Assembly (NCBI GenBank): GCA_963785165.1 | Contig: CAWAUI010000004.1 | Span: 192,074 to 256,073 of the forward strand | Origin: Thermoanaerobaculaceae bacterium | GTDB taxonomy: Bacteria > Acidobacteriota > Thermoanaerobaculia > Multivoradales > UBA5704 | Direction: 5' to 3' | DNA length: 64,000 nucleotides | Shown here: one piece after another, positions 27,589 to 37,874 of the stretch | Numbering within the stretch: the stretch's first letter is position 1 | Layout of the letters: the number at the start of each line of letters is the position of its first letter | The notes under the pieces: model-generated | Database searches by the model: none | What the model saw: only the letters and a program-made list of their open reading frames with translations | What the model was told of the DNA's origin: nothing | Position numbers and translations under genes: made by a program

Positions 27589-27645
27589 CCCCTCTCCCCG
27601 GTGAGGGGGGAAGGGAGGGGGCGGGAGAGGGGCCGGGGGTGAGGG
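27589..27645. repeat. REP-like hairpin element (CCCCTCTCCCC ... GGGAGAGGGG + CCGGGGGTGAGGG)
   Basis: Lies between the pepT stop and the start of the repeat-protein gene. Same family as the copies at 47659, 52544 and 23008-23127. Confidence 0.75.
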
Positions 27646-27655
27646 TTCGGAGGCT

Positions 27656-28897
27656 CTACGCCCGCTCCTCCCAAACCTTCGCGATCTCCACGATCACTTC
27701 CACGGCCTTCTCCATGTCCTGGGCGGAAACCCATTCCAACCGGGAGTGGAAATTCTGCTCGCCCGCGAAGACGTTGGGCGTGGGCAGGTTCATGAAGCTC
27801 AGCTTGGAGCCGTCCGTGCCGCCGCGGATGGGCTTCTCGATGGGCGTCAGGCCAACCCGGCGGAGGGCTTCGCGGGCGCACTCCATCACGTTCGGGTGAT
27901 GGTCCAGGATCTCCCGCATGTTGCGGTAGCTCTCCTCGATCTTGATCTCCAGGGTGGCGCCCGGCCAGCCGGCCACGGTCTCGCGGGCGAGCTTCTCCAG
28001 GAAATCTTCCTTCACCTTGAGCTCTGCCGTCTTGAAATCACGGATCAGCACCTTGACCGAAGTCCGCTCCACGCTCGCGTTGACCACGTAGGGATGGACG
28101 TACCCTTCGTAACCGTCGGTCGTCTCGGGCGACATGTCCTTGGGCAGGCGGTTGATGAAATCGGCGGCGATCTTGATCGAATTGATCATCGAGCCCTTGG
28201 CGTAGCCGGGATGGGTGTTGTGCCCCTGGAAGGTCAGCGTCACGGCGTCGGCCGAAAAGCTTTCGTATTCGATCTCGCCGCGGGCGCCGCCGTCCATGGT
28301 GTAGGCGTACTTGGCGCCGAACTTCTCCACGTCGAAGAACTTGGTGCCGGTGCCCACTTCCTCGTCGGGCGTGAAGCCGATGCGGATCGTGCCGTGGGGG
28401 ATCTCGGGGTGCGCCAGCAGGTACTCGGCCGCGGCCACGATCTCGGCCACGCCGGACTTGTTGTCCGCGCCCAGGAGGGTGGTGCCCGAAGCCGTGATGA
28501 TGTCGTCGCCCATCCGCTCCTTGAGGTAGGGGATCTCCGAGGGGCGCAGCACGGCCGTGGGGTCGTCCGGCAGCACGAGATCCTGCCCCTGGTAATTCCT
28601 GTGGATGATGGGCTTGACCCCCTCGCCGCTCATCTCGGGCGAGGTGTCCACGTGGGCGATGAAGCCGATGACGGGGATGCCGTCCTTCTTGGAGGTGGCC
28701 GGGATGGTGGCCATGACGTAGCCATGCTCGTCGAGCGCGGCGTCGGCGATCCCCAGGGCCTTCAGCTCCTCGACCAGGTGGCGCGAGAGGTCGAGCTGCT
28801 TGGCGGTGCTGGGATAGGTGTCGGACGTCTCGGTGGACTGGGTGTCGAACGTCACGTAGCGCAGGAAGCGCTCAACGACGGAAGAGGGTTCGGTCAC
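27656..28897 (-). CDS. pepT: Peptidase T (tripeptide aminopeptidase, M20B)
   Basis: GTG 28897 preceded by GAGGAGG. VERFLRYVTFDTQS..., IGFIAHVDTSPE, GADNKSG, TPDEEVG. The upstream part of the 512-aa ORF is probably not translated. Confidence 0.88.
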   Translation of the reverse strand: MTEPSSVVERFLRYVTFDTQSTETSDTYPSTAKQLDLSRHLVEELKALGIADAALDEHGYVMATIPATSKKDGIPVIGFIAHVDTSPEMSGEGVKPIIHRNYQGQDLVLPDDPTAVLRPSEIPYLKERMGDDIITASGTTLLGADNKSGVAEIVAAAEYLLAHPEIPHGTIRIGFTPDEEVGTGTKFFDVEKFGAKYAYTMDGGARGEIEYESFSADAVTLTFQGHNTHPGYAKGSMINSIKIAADFINRLPKDMSPETTDGYEGYVHPYVVNASVERTSVKVLIRDFKTAELKVKEDFLEKLARETVAGWPGATLEIKIEESYRNMREILDHHPNVMECAREALRRVGLTPIEKPIRGGTDGSKLSFMNLPTPNVFAGEQNFHSRLEWVSAQDMEKAVEVIVEIAKVWEERA

Positions 28898-29000
28898 GGG
28901 GGGCCTCCTCGGGAACGGGCAGCCGTCAGCGGTGCGGGGAAAGGCTAGCACGGATGCGCTAGACTCTTTCCGCGGGCTCTCCTTCCGCAGGCCCCTCGCC

Positions 29001-30057
29001 ATGATCCGACGACTCCTCCTGCCGCTCCTCTTCCTGGTCCTGGCCGCCGGCACTTCGGCCGATCTCCGCACCGCCCGGGCGGCTCTCCAGCGCAATCCCC
29101 CGGAATTCGCCTGGGACCTCTTCCTGGAGCTGAATTCGCCGCTTGCCGGGCCGGGACCCAGGACGTGGGAGGCCACCTTCCGGCAGACCAGCACGATCTA
29201 CCTTCCCGAAGGCCGGAAACCCGTGCCGTGGGGTGCCGAGCAGGGTCCATGCGGGCCGGGCGTTCACGACCTCGACTCCGCGGTGCAGGTGGACGGCTTC
29301 AAGCTCCTCGACAAGTGGGGCGAGCCGGTCCGCTACCAGATCCTCATGAACGAGCCCGCGTTCGATTACCTGGTGGACCGGGACCTCTACAGCGTGAACG
29401 GCCAGGAAAAGGCCGCGGCCTCGACTCTTCCGGTCAGCTTTCCGCAGAGCGCCTCCGAGCTCAAGGCGTCGTGGATCTGGATCGGCCAGGACGCGGCGAA
29501 ACGCCAGGCGCTGGCGGGGAAATACCTCATCGCCGACGCGTGCCATCAGGTTTTCGATGGCAAGGGCCGGCCCGCCGGCTGGAAGAAAGGCGCCGCCGCG
29601 CTCGCCGGTCTCCACGTTTCGAACAAGCTCGTGCCCACCTGGGTCTGGATCACGTTCGAGAACGTCTACAACGATCAATTCACGAAAGCGAAGCTCGAAC
29701 TGCCGATCGCCGCGCCGGTGCAGGCGGCCAACCAGATCTACCAGCAACGTCTGCAGGGGATCGGCTCCGTGCTCGCCAACTACCAGCTCATCGGCGTCCA
29801 GACGGCCTACACCGAGCCGGGCTTCCTGGGGGACCAGACGCCGTCGCTGCTCGCCAACTCCACGATGGAGACGCGCTTCCAGTCCCAATCCTCCTGCGTC
29901 ACCTGCCACGGCACGGCCGCGATCCATCCCGGACGGGCGCTACTTCGCCGCCGGAACCCCCGTGGGAGCCCCGCTCGACCTGCATGGTAAAGGTTTCGTC
30001 CCCCTGGACTTCGTCTGGTCGATGAAGCGGGCGTCGCGGACGGTTCAGGCAAGATAG
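29001..30057 (+). CDS. Secreted hypothetical protein with a single CxxCH motif, apparent frameshift near 29925-29935
   Basis: Signal peptide MIRRLLLPLLFLVLAAGTSA. SSCVTCHGTAAIHP contains CxxCH. The C-terminus DGRYFAAGTPVGAPLDLHGKGFVPLDFVWSMKRA... continues in the frame that ends at 30057. Confidence 0.55.
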
Positions 30058-30179
30058 ACACACATGCACCTGTGGTACCCTTCCCGTACTTCCTGTTATC
30101 GAAGCTGGAGCCTGATGGCTGCATCCTGGCGGAGGTTCTCCGTAGCCCCCCGGACAAGGCCGACGAGGGGGAGATCGAG

Positions 30180-31986
30180 ATGGCGGAGGCGGTTCTGAGA
30201 AGCATTCGTTGCCGGTGGACGGGTCTGGCGGCCGGCGCGGTGATGGTGTTGATGGCGGCTGTTCCGGGGTGGGCCCAGGCGCCGGGGGGAACGCCGACGC
30301 CGGTGCCCGCGGATTCGGACTTCGACGTGGTGCAGGTGGACCTCGAGGGGCAACTCTTCAACCGGGTCCTGCCGTTCGACGTGCCGTTCATCCTCACGGG
30401 CATGGTGCCCTCGGGCGTCACCCGCTTGCAGATCCGGTGCTGGGAGCTGCCTCCCGACCAGGCCAAGAGCAGCGGCCTGCCTCCGACGGCCACGGGACGC
30501 GGCCTTGCGAACGGCGCCGGAAAGCGTCTGCTGGCCCGAGGGGGCGCCCCTGGAGTGGCGCAATACCATTGATCCCGCGGCGGCCAACCCCACGTTCCGC
30601 GTGCTGGTGCCGCGCCTCGACGCTGAAAAGTTTTATCAGTTCCGGTTCAGCTTCGAGAAGAAGGTCACGCCGGCGGACGCCCAGGCTTTCGCCGCGGAGG
30701 TCCAGAAGGTGGTGAACGGCGACCTCTGGGGGGATCCGGACGCCACGGCCGACCTGCCGCTCTCCGGCGATCTCACGGGGGACCATTTGGCGGCGATCCG
30801 CGCGAACCTCATCCAGTCACTCCAGGACATCACGGGAGCCGACCAGGTGACGGAGCCCGGGTCGATGCTCAATCCGGATACTCCTTTCGATTCGGTCCGG
30901 GATGCGTTCAACGGGCTGCTCCGGCCCGTCCGCAACGCCCAGGGGCAGATCAACGACGCGGCGGAGGACTATCAGGACGAGATCGCGGACCTGAATCCCC
31001 TGCTGGCCGAGCTCCGGGCCGACCCCACCCTGCAGAAATTCGCCTCGGCCCTCGCGGCCCGGGCGGCGGCCGATCCCAGCCTCCAGGACCGTGCCGAGGA
31101 GGTGTCCGCCGCGCTGGCCGTGGGGGACGCGCCGGTGCTGTTCCGGAAGGACCGCCAGAGTCCCGCCGCGCTCGCGGGCTTCGTCCAGCAGAGCGCGCCC
31201 TACTACGCGGATGCCACGGCCAAAATGGACAAGCTCCAGGATCTTCTGGCCAACAAGTTGGTGGAGGCCGACGGCTCGCCCCGCCCCGCGGTGCAGCCCC
31301 TGGTGGCGGCCGGCCAGCTCACGGCGGACGACCTCGCCCGGCTGGCGGCCCTGGGCCAGCCCACGCAGCCGGTGGGGAGCGCGAGCCGGGCGCTGGCGCG
31401 GGTGGGGCTGCTCCTGAGCGACCGCCTCACCACCCTGCTCAACAACCGCACCACCGCCGTGGCCGCCCTGGCCGCGGCGTACCGCACGCAGACGGAAGGG
31501 ATTGCCGTCATCGCCGGCTCCTCGACGGGCAACTTCCAGACCCAGAGCCGGAACTACATCAGCGCGGACACGGGCATCGTCTGCACCCCCGAGCTGAGCG
31601 AGTGCAACACCTACGCGGGCACCAACATCTACTTCCGGCCGATCAACAAGGACGCTCCCCTGAACCAGTTCGGAGGCTTTTTCCAGACGCTCAGCCGGCG
31701 GCTTTCGGCCACGCTCGGTTTGACGGTCCAAGGGGTCGGGGACGACAAGACCCGCGACGACCTGTTCAACAACCAATCCCTGCTGCTGGGCCTGGGCGCG
31801 CGGATGACGACCTCGGTGCGGCTGACGGCGGGGGGCTTGCTGTTCAAGAAGCGCGACCCCAACCCCCTGGTGACGGACGAAAAATTGACGACGACGTATT
31901 TCCTGTCGGTTTCTTTTGACATTGATGTCGTACCATCGCTTCAAGGGATCGGCAGCCTGTTCAAGTCGGCCCTGCCGGGCCAGTGA
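30180..31986 (+). CDS. Secreted hypothetical ~600-aa protein (N-terminal beta region, Ala-rich helical middle, beta-rich C-terminus), apparent frameshift near 30500
   Basis: Signal-like N-terminus ...TGLAAGAVMVLMAAVPGWAQA. Joined from ORFs 30072..30572 and 30505..31986. No recognisable domain. Confidence 0.55.
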
Positions 31987-32006
31987 GGCGTGGGAGGAGC
32001 CTTAAG

Positions 32007-32360
32007 ATGGCGATCGTGATCGATGAGAATCTGACGGCGTCCCCGGCGAAGACGGGGATGCCCAGCGGGCCCATCACGCTGCGGCAGACGCTTCATTCCG
32101 ATCTCGGCAACGAGACGGTGAACGTCACCTACACGCTCGACGGGCGCCACAACATCTTTTTCCAGACGGCGCAGGGGCAGGTCAAGCAGATCCAGATCAA
32201 CGGCCTGAAGATTCCCGGCAGCTCGATCGAACGGTCGGACACCGTGGCCTTGGTGGAAGTGGGAGATTCCGACGTCGGGCAGATGGTCATCAAACAGCAG
32301 ATCCGCGGTGAGAACACCACCCGTGACAGTGTAACGATCGCCGTTGTGGGTTTAAGCTGA
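32007..32360 (+). CDS. Small hypothetical protein (117 aa, no signal peptide)
   Basis: ATG 32007 preceded by GGGAGGAG, 20 nt after the upstream stop. No recognisable motif. Confidence 0.5.
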   Translation: MAIVIDENLTASPAKTGMPSGPITLRQTLHSDLGNETVNVTYTLDGRHNIFFQTAQGQVKQIQINGLKIPGSSIERSDTVALVEVGDSDVGQMVIKQQIRGENTTRDSVTIAVVGLS

Positions 32361-32379
32361 GAAGATCGCTGAGAAGATC

Positions 32380-33415
32380 ATGAAAGACCGCCGTTCCCTT
32401 GTTGTCCTTGCCGCCGTCCTGGTTCTTGCGCTGAGTGCCTGCTACGACAAGTCGGATTATTCGCCGACCGCGGCGCAGGTGGACCGCATCGTGGTCCTGA
32501 GCGCGGAGAACGGCGCCACGAGCCTGCCGGCGGACGGCTTTTCGCGCCTCCGCCTGGTGGCCCGGCTGGTGGGCGACCCGGACTTCGCCAAGCGCACGGT
32601 GGTGTTCTCGGCGTCGAGCGGCACGCTCGTGGGGGGCACGCCGGTCACCAACTGCACCGGTTGCGTGATGGTGCCGGCGGACGGCAGCGGGCAGGCGACC
32701 GTCGACCTCGTCAGCTCGCAGCAGGTGGGCACGGCGGTGGTCCGTGCCTGGCCCGCGGACGCGCCGGGCATCACGGCCTCGTTGCCGATTGCCTTCGGAG
32801 CGGCCCAGCCGGACCAGACGATCCAATTCGTGAGCGCTCCGGACCGCGCGCCCGCGGACGGCGCCACGATCTCGACGTTTACGGTGGGGGTGTCGCCGTC
32901 CCTCCCGGCGGGGTCGCGCCAGGTGACGTTCCAGACCACGGCCGGCACGTTCGCGCCCTCCGGCACCTCGGTCCAGGTGCCCGCGGATGGCGGAGGCAGG
33001 GCCTCGGCGGACCTGGTGAGCCCGCGCCAGATCACCTCGGCCCGCGTCACGGCCACCGTGAACGGTGTGACCCGCGAAGCCTCCATCCGCTTCGAGCGGG
33101 CCTTGCCGAACGTCATCACCGCGGCCGTGGACATGCCGATCGCCACGGCCGCCGTCAGCACCAAGATCCACGTCACCGCGACCCTGCTGCGCAACGTGGG
33201 GATGGTGACCGACGGCACGGTGGTGACCTTCCGGGCCACCAAGGCGGACGGCACCACCGTGGGAATCTTCACCAACGTCACGACCTCCAGCCAACGGCAC
33301 GGCCTCGGCCGACTTCCTGCCCAACACGACCGAGGCCGGCACCTTGACGATCACCGTCGGCGCCCAGGACACCGGCGTCCGGGGTACCGTTCAGTTGGTG
33401 CTGACGGAGAGCTGA
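32380..33415 (+). CDS. Lipoprotein with repeated bacterial Ig-like (Big_1/invasin-type) modules, apparent frameshift near 33290
   Basis: Lipobox LALSAC. Three or four repeats of the pattern ...ADG.S...V.A...D..G.PV....V.F..T.G.... The C-terminus ...ADFLPNTTEAGTLTITVGAQDTGVRGTVQLVLTES* lies in another frame. Confidence 0.6.
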
Positions 33416-33442
33416 GCCGGGTCTTTACTTCACTTCACTCCT

Positions 33443-33844
33443 TCACTCCAGCTTGGGATTTCCGGTCGCCCGGGCCACGCTCCAGGGCCCCGCGCCCCTT
33501 GCGGCGATGTAGAGGAACGCGAAGCAGTACAGCACGGCGGTCTCACCATGGTTCTCGATGGGCCAGAACCCACCCTTCATGAAATGCACCATGAAGTAGG
33601 CCACCGCCATGGTGCCGCTGGCGAGGAACGCGGCCCAGCTCGTGAGCAGCCCGATCATCACCAGAATCCCGCAGGTGAATTCGATGAGGCCCGCGAGGCC
33701 CGCGAGAGAGGCGAGCGGGGGCTGCCCCTCGGCTCCGAGGACGCCGAAGAGTTTCTGCATTCCGTGACAGCTGAAGAGGAGACCGATGACGATGCGGAAG
33801 ATGGCGTAGATCCGGTCCGCGTGACGGCCAAGAATTGCGTACAT
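33443..33844 (-). CDS. DoxX family membrane protein
   Basis: Start MYAILG at 33844 after GGGAGG. RIVIGLLFSCHGMQKLFG... is the DoxX pattern. Four hydrophobic segments. Confidence 0.8.
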   Translation of the reverse strand: MYAILGRHADRIYAIFRIVIGLLFSCHGMQKLFGVLGAEGQPPLASLAGLAGLIEFTCGILVMIGLLTSWAAFLASGTMAVAYFMVHFMKGGFWPIENHGETAVLYCFAFLYIAARGAGPWSVARATGNPKLE

Positions 33845-33902
33845 GGCACCTCCCTTGAAAGGGCTGCATTCTGAGACCCCGGTCATCCTATCAAGTACCG
33901 TT

Positions 33903-34520
33903 TCAGAGCGGGAGAATGCTATGACTCGAAGTGGAATTGAGGCAGGAAACTACGTTCTCCTTCGGCTTTCGGCTCAAAAGAGCTGAAAACTGTGAGCGGT
34001 CCAGTCCGTAGACGAGATACTCCACTCCCGCCACCCTGGCGGTACCTTCCAGGCTTTCACCGAGCCGCTCGGCAACCCGGATGGACGCTGCGTTGACCGG
34101 CCTGATCAGGCTGATGACGTGCCCCTGGCTCAGCTCATTGAACGCGTAAGACAAGGCCGCCCTCGCGCCTTCCGTTGCATACCCCCGCCCCCACCGGCTG
34201 CGCACCAGTGCCCAGGCCAGCTCGAAGCCGGGCCATCCCTCCGGGCACGAAAACCCGATCCTGCCGACGAATTCTCCGGTAACCCGGTCCTCAACGGCCC
34301 AGGTACCCACGCCGCAGAGCAGCCAGTGCCCCATGAGAAAGGCCAGGTGCCGCCAGGATCTTCCCTGGTCCCATACCGCACCATCGCCAATATAGCGCTG
34401 CACTTCCGGGTCCGCATTCAGCGCGGCATAGTCAGCGAGATCACTCTTGTGAAAAGGCCGCAACCGCAGCCGTTCCGTCTCCAGGGTCGGGATGTCGAGC
34501 CCAGCCATAGAATGGGTCAT
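33903..34520 (-). CDS. GNAT family N-acetyltransferase (RimJ/RimL-like)
   Basis: 205 aa. LRLRPFHKSDLADYAALNADPEV...WGRGYATEGARAAL is typical of the GNAT family. Confidence 0.8.
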   Translation of the reverse strand: MTHSMAGLDIPTLETERLRLRPFHKSDLADYAALNADPEVQRYIGDGAVWDQGRSWRHLAFLMGHWLLCGVGTWAVEDRVTGEFVGRIGFSCPEGWPGFELAWALVRSRWGRGYATEGARAALSYAFNELSQGHVISLIRPVNAASIRVAERLGESLEGTARVAGVEYLVYGLDRSQFSALLSRKPKENVVSCLNSTSSHSILPL

Positions 34521-34694
34521 GCCGGTCCTCCTTGAACCCAGGATGGCAAAGGGGACAAACTGCGAAGGGAGAATTTTTTCGACTTGGGTAGCACGGTAAC
34601 ACCCAAGCCCTCAACCTCCCGGAAAGGCAGTGATCCATGGGCGTATTTCTATGGTTGGCTCAGTCTCTCACGGGAGCTCTTCGCAGGGGGCACG

Positions 34695-34778
34695 TGGGAC
34701 CCGAACGGCTCTGAAGCTGGAGGTGTATGGGACCCGAACGGCTCTGACCTAGGGAGCACGTGGGACCCAAACGGGTAG
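34695..34778. repeat. Tandem repeat, about 2.5 copies of a 33-bp unit containing TGGGACCCGAACGGCTCTGA
   Basis: Unit starts at 34695, 34728 and 34761. Lies in the 350-bp divergent region between the GNAT gene (-) and the 34873 gene (+). Confidence 0.85.
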
Positions 34779-34872
34779 GGGATTCGGAGCCACGGCATAG
34801 GGGTGGGGAAGAGGGAAACAGTTCTCTCTTCCTCTCTTTTGTTGCTGTATACTTGCGACTCGGAGCTTCCTG

Positions 34873-36234
34873 ATGGGAAGACATATTTCAAAAGACGAAA
34901 TCAGGCGTGTCTTTTCCTATGAATCCACCGCGGTCGAGGTCAACGATGCCGCGGCCCACATAATCGATTGCCCGAGTTGTTGGGCACTTGCCTCGGAAGT
35001 CATCGCATCCCTCAAGACAACCGATGACTTGGTGCCGAGGAAGAGAGGGCGCCCACCCGAGGGGCGGTGCAGAGATGTAAGAGACGCACTCATTTTCCTC
35101 ATGGAAACCCGGGAGCAAAAGAGTATCGGATGGCTCCGGGCCAAGGGGTGGTGGGCTGAGCTAAAGCAGTTGAATCCAAAGGAGCAAGCCAGCAAGGTCA
35201 ATTCGGTTGCGGCCGTTCATCAACGGGATGTCGTTGAGACGATCCTTCGGGAGGCCAAGCTCGCTTGTGGGCGAGATCCTTATTCAGCTGAACATCTGGC
35301 GATGACCGCGCACAGGCTGATCGAGCATCTGCCGGGCGGCGAGTTTCCAACTCATGTTAAAGATGGCCTTCGACTGTCCGCCATGACGGTGGTAGCGAAC
35401 TGCCGCCGCTTGGCGGGTGATTGGACAGGCTCGGCCTCCGCTATCAGCTGCGCGAAGGGTTACCTTTTCGCGGGGAAGATTGAGCCTGGCGCAGAAGCCT
35501 ACCTGCTCTCGGTGCACGCTTCTCTTGTGGGTGATACGGGCCGTCTGGAGGACGCCGTGCTTCTTGTGAGCAGGGCTGCCGACATCTACAGGAATGCCCG
35601 TGACTTCAAAGGGCTGGCAACCATGAGGATCCAGGCGGCAGGAGCCCTTCAGGCCGCCAGTAAGCCGAGTGAAGCCATTTTGATGGCCGAGGATGCTCTG
35701 GCCCTGTTGACGCCCGATTGCATCCGGCTGGAGATGCTGGCCAGGAGCATCATCACGGAGAGCATGGTGGCGCTCGGCAGGCTCCCGGAAGCTTTGAAGA
35801 GTTACGAGGCCACCCAGCTTCTCTATGATGAGGTCGGCGACGAATTGACGTTCTTGAAAGCAGAGTACCTGGAGGCCAAGCTTCTTGACGCGTTGGGTTA
35901 TGCCCGTGAATCCGAGAAGCTCTTCCGGAGTGCCATTCACGGAGTGACTGAAATGGAGATCTACCGGCTTTCCATCCTCTGGAGGTTTGAGTTCTTCGCG
36001 TCCCTGTTCAAACGGAATGCCCTTGGCAAGGCGGCTCGGCTCTGTCAGGAAGGGATCGACCTGCTTCAGATGACGGACCGGGTCCACACCCAGATGTGCC
36101 AGGTCTGGCGAGACCTGCTCGCTGCCGTCGAAGCGAAAGCGTTGGTGGAAGATCACCTGGCGGAGATGAGAGAATACTTGGTGCGCCACTGGGCCCTGCC
36201 CGCTCTCCGGGCGCCGTTGTTTGGGGGGGAATGA
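34873..36234 (+). CDS. Hypothetical regulator-like protein (N-terminal Cys/His zinc-finger-like motif, TPR-like helical repeats)
   Basis: 453 aa, intact. AAHIIDCPSCWALASEV resembles a zf-HC2-type motif. The remainder is helical-repeat-like. Lower GC than its neighbours. Confidence 0.5.
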   Translation: MGRHISKDEIRRVFSYESTAVEVNDAAAHIIDCPSCWALASEVIASLKTTDDLVPRKRGRPPEGRCRDVRDALIFLMETREQKSIGWLRAKGWWAELKQLNPKEQASKVNSVAAVHQRDVVETILREAKLACGRDPYSAEHLAMTAHRLIEHLPGGEFPTHVKDGLRLSAMTVVANCRRLAGDWTGSASAISCAKGYLFAGKIEPGAEAYLLSVHASLVGDTGRLEDAVLLVSRAADIYRNARDFKGLATMRIQAAGALQAASKPSEAILMAEDALALLTPDCIRLEMLARSIITESMVALGRLPEALKSYEATQLLYDEVGDELTFLKAEYLEAKLLDALGYARESEKLFRSAIHGVTEMEIYRLSILWRFEFFASLFKRNALGKAARLCQEGIDLLQMTDRVHTQMCQVWRDLLAAVEAKALVEDHLAEMREYLVRHWALPALRAPLFGGE

Positions 36235-36305
36235 AAGGGAGCCGAGTGGAGGTTGCGCCCCCTTTCCGCTTTTGAAGTGGGCGCTCTTCTCAAGGAGGTG
36301 ATCTG

Positions 36306-37874
36306 ATGCACAAAGCAATTTCGGCGTCAGTAATAGCCATGCTGTTGGCGATCCTTGGCTCGGACAGCGTCCACGGGGAAACTCCGCCTCCGCTCCTGAA
36401 GCTCGACCCGGCCACGCGGTTGCAGCGCCAGGCCTTGGACCGCGAATCGGTAACGGTCTATCGCTCAGGGCTCGCGCGTCTCGTGGACTTCACGCATTCG
36501 CGCTCCGACCTGTTCCCGCCCGCCAAGTTGCGCACTCCTCGGCTGTTGCAGGAGGGCGATCGCGAGGCGGTGCGCAGCACCTGGAAGTCCCTGTTGGACT
36601 ATTACCTCGCTCTCGACTCGCTGGCGCGCTACCACGCCAACGCGTACGCCTTGGCCGGCTCGCGGAATCTGGCACCTTCGTTCCACGTCTCACGCGGTGC
36701 CTTCCTTGCCCAGTACCGGTTCGCGCTGGATTTCATCGAACGCACGGAGAACGATCGCAAGCTGGCCATCCTGCTCAACGATCCCGTGCCGGAGCTTGGG
36801 CTTCCGGCCGGCACCTACGATCAATTCAAATTTCGTTATCTGAACGTAGCGGCCGCTTCCCAATTCGCGGCCTATGGCGCCGCCTCTCGCCTGTTGCCAG
36901 CCCCGTCGGACCAGAACCTTGCGCGAGGGATGGCCGAGGACACGGCCCGCATCTGGAAAGCGGGGAAGGGGAGAGGCGAAGCGCTCACCGCGGCCAATGC
37001 CGTGAACGTCGTCAAGAAGCTCGGCGGCCGGCTGTCTTTCCCCGTTCAGACCGGAATCTCGGAATGGATGGGGGACACCAAAGTCCGCCGCCAGAACCTC
37101 GCCCTCATTTCCCCCGAACAGATCGCGGCGATCCGTCCGCGTCTCCAGCCTGGAGACATCCTGTTGCAGCGGCGTGAGTGGTACATGTCCAACGTAGGGC
37201 TGCCAGGATTCTGGAGCCACGCCGCCCTCTACGTGGGCACGCCCGAAGAGCGGCGCGGCCTCTCCGGCGATCCGCAGGTTCGCCGCTGGATCGTCAGCCA
37301 GGGGGAGCCCAGCGGAGACTTCGAGAAACTCTTGCAACGCCGGTACCCCAAGGCTTATGCGCTCGCCATCAAGCCGCAGGAACATGGGCATCTTCCGCGC
37401 GTGCTGGAAGCGATCAGCGAAGGCGTCGTCTTCACGACCCTGGAGCACTCCGCCGCCGCGGATTCCATGGTGGTGCTGCGCCCACGCCTCCAGCCGGTGG
37501 AGAAGGCCCAGGCACTCCTCCGCGCCGTGCGCTACATGGGCCGTCCGTACGACTTCAATTTCGATTTCCAGACCGACTCCACACTGGTCTGCACCGAGCT
37601 CGTCTACAAGGCGTATGAGCCCGCTCCCGGCTTCCACGGAATCCACTTCAATCCGGAAGAAGTCATGGGCCGCACCGCCATCCCGGCGAACTCCATCGCC
37701 CGCCAGTTCGACGAGGAGCCCGGCAAGCAACTGGAGATGGTGCTGTTCCTCGACGGCCAGGAGAAGCGCGGCACCGCCGTGGAAGCCGGTGTCGCGGAAT
37801 TCCGGAAGAGTTGGAAGAGGCCGAAGTGGCACGTGCTGGTGCAGGCCCAAGAGGAGACCCAGGGAGGTCCGTAG
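36306..37874 (+). CDS. Secreted YiiX-like permuted papain-fold (NlpC/P60-clan) protein
   Basis: Signal peptide MHKAISASVIAMLLAILGSDSVHG. GFWSHAALYVG (His) and DSTLVCTELVYKAY (Cys) occur in permuted order. Confidence 0.6.
   Translation: MHKAISASVIAMLLAILGSDSVHGETPPPLLKLDPATRLQRQALDRESVTVYRSGLARLVDFTHSRSDLFPPAKLRTPRLLQEGDREAVRSTWKSLLDYYLALDSLARYHANAYALAGSRNLAPSFHVSRGAFLAQYRFALDFIERTENDRKLAILLNDPVPELGLPAGTYDQFKFRYLNVAAASQFAAYGAASRLLPAPSDQNLARGMAEDTARIWKAGKGRGEALTAANAVNVVKKLGGRLSFPVQTGISEWMGDTKVRRQNLALISPEQIAAIRPRLQPGDILLQRREWYMSNVGLPGFWSHAALYVGTPEERRGLSGDPQVRRWIVSQGEPSGDFEKLLQRRYPKAYALAIKPQEHGHLPRVLEAISEGVVFTTLEHSAAADSMVVLRPRLQPVEKAQALLRAVRYMGRPYDFNFDFQTDSTLVCTELVYKAYEPAPGFHGIHFNPEEVMGRTAIPANSIARQFDEEPGKQLEMVLFLDGQEKRGTAVEAGVAEFRKSWKRPKWHVLVQAQEETQGGP

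Noticed and set aside
34584-34891. Calling either the 64-aa (+) or the 80-aa (-) ORF over the tandem repeat as a gene
   Set aside because: The plus-strand ORF (34584..34778) has only a TTG start and neither has an SD. Both frames stay open simply because the 33-bp period is a multiple of three. Kept as a finding, not as a feature.
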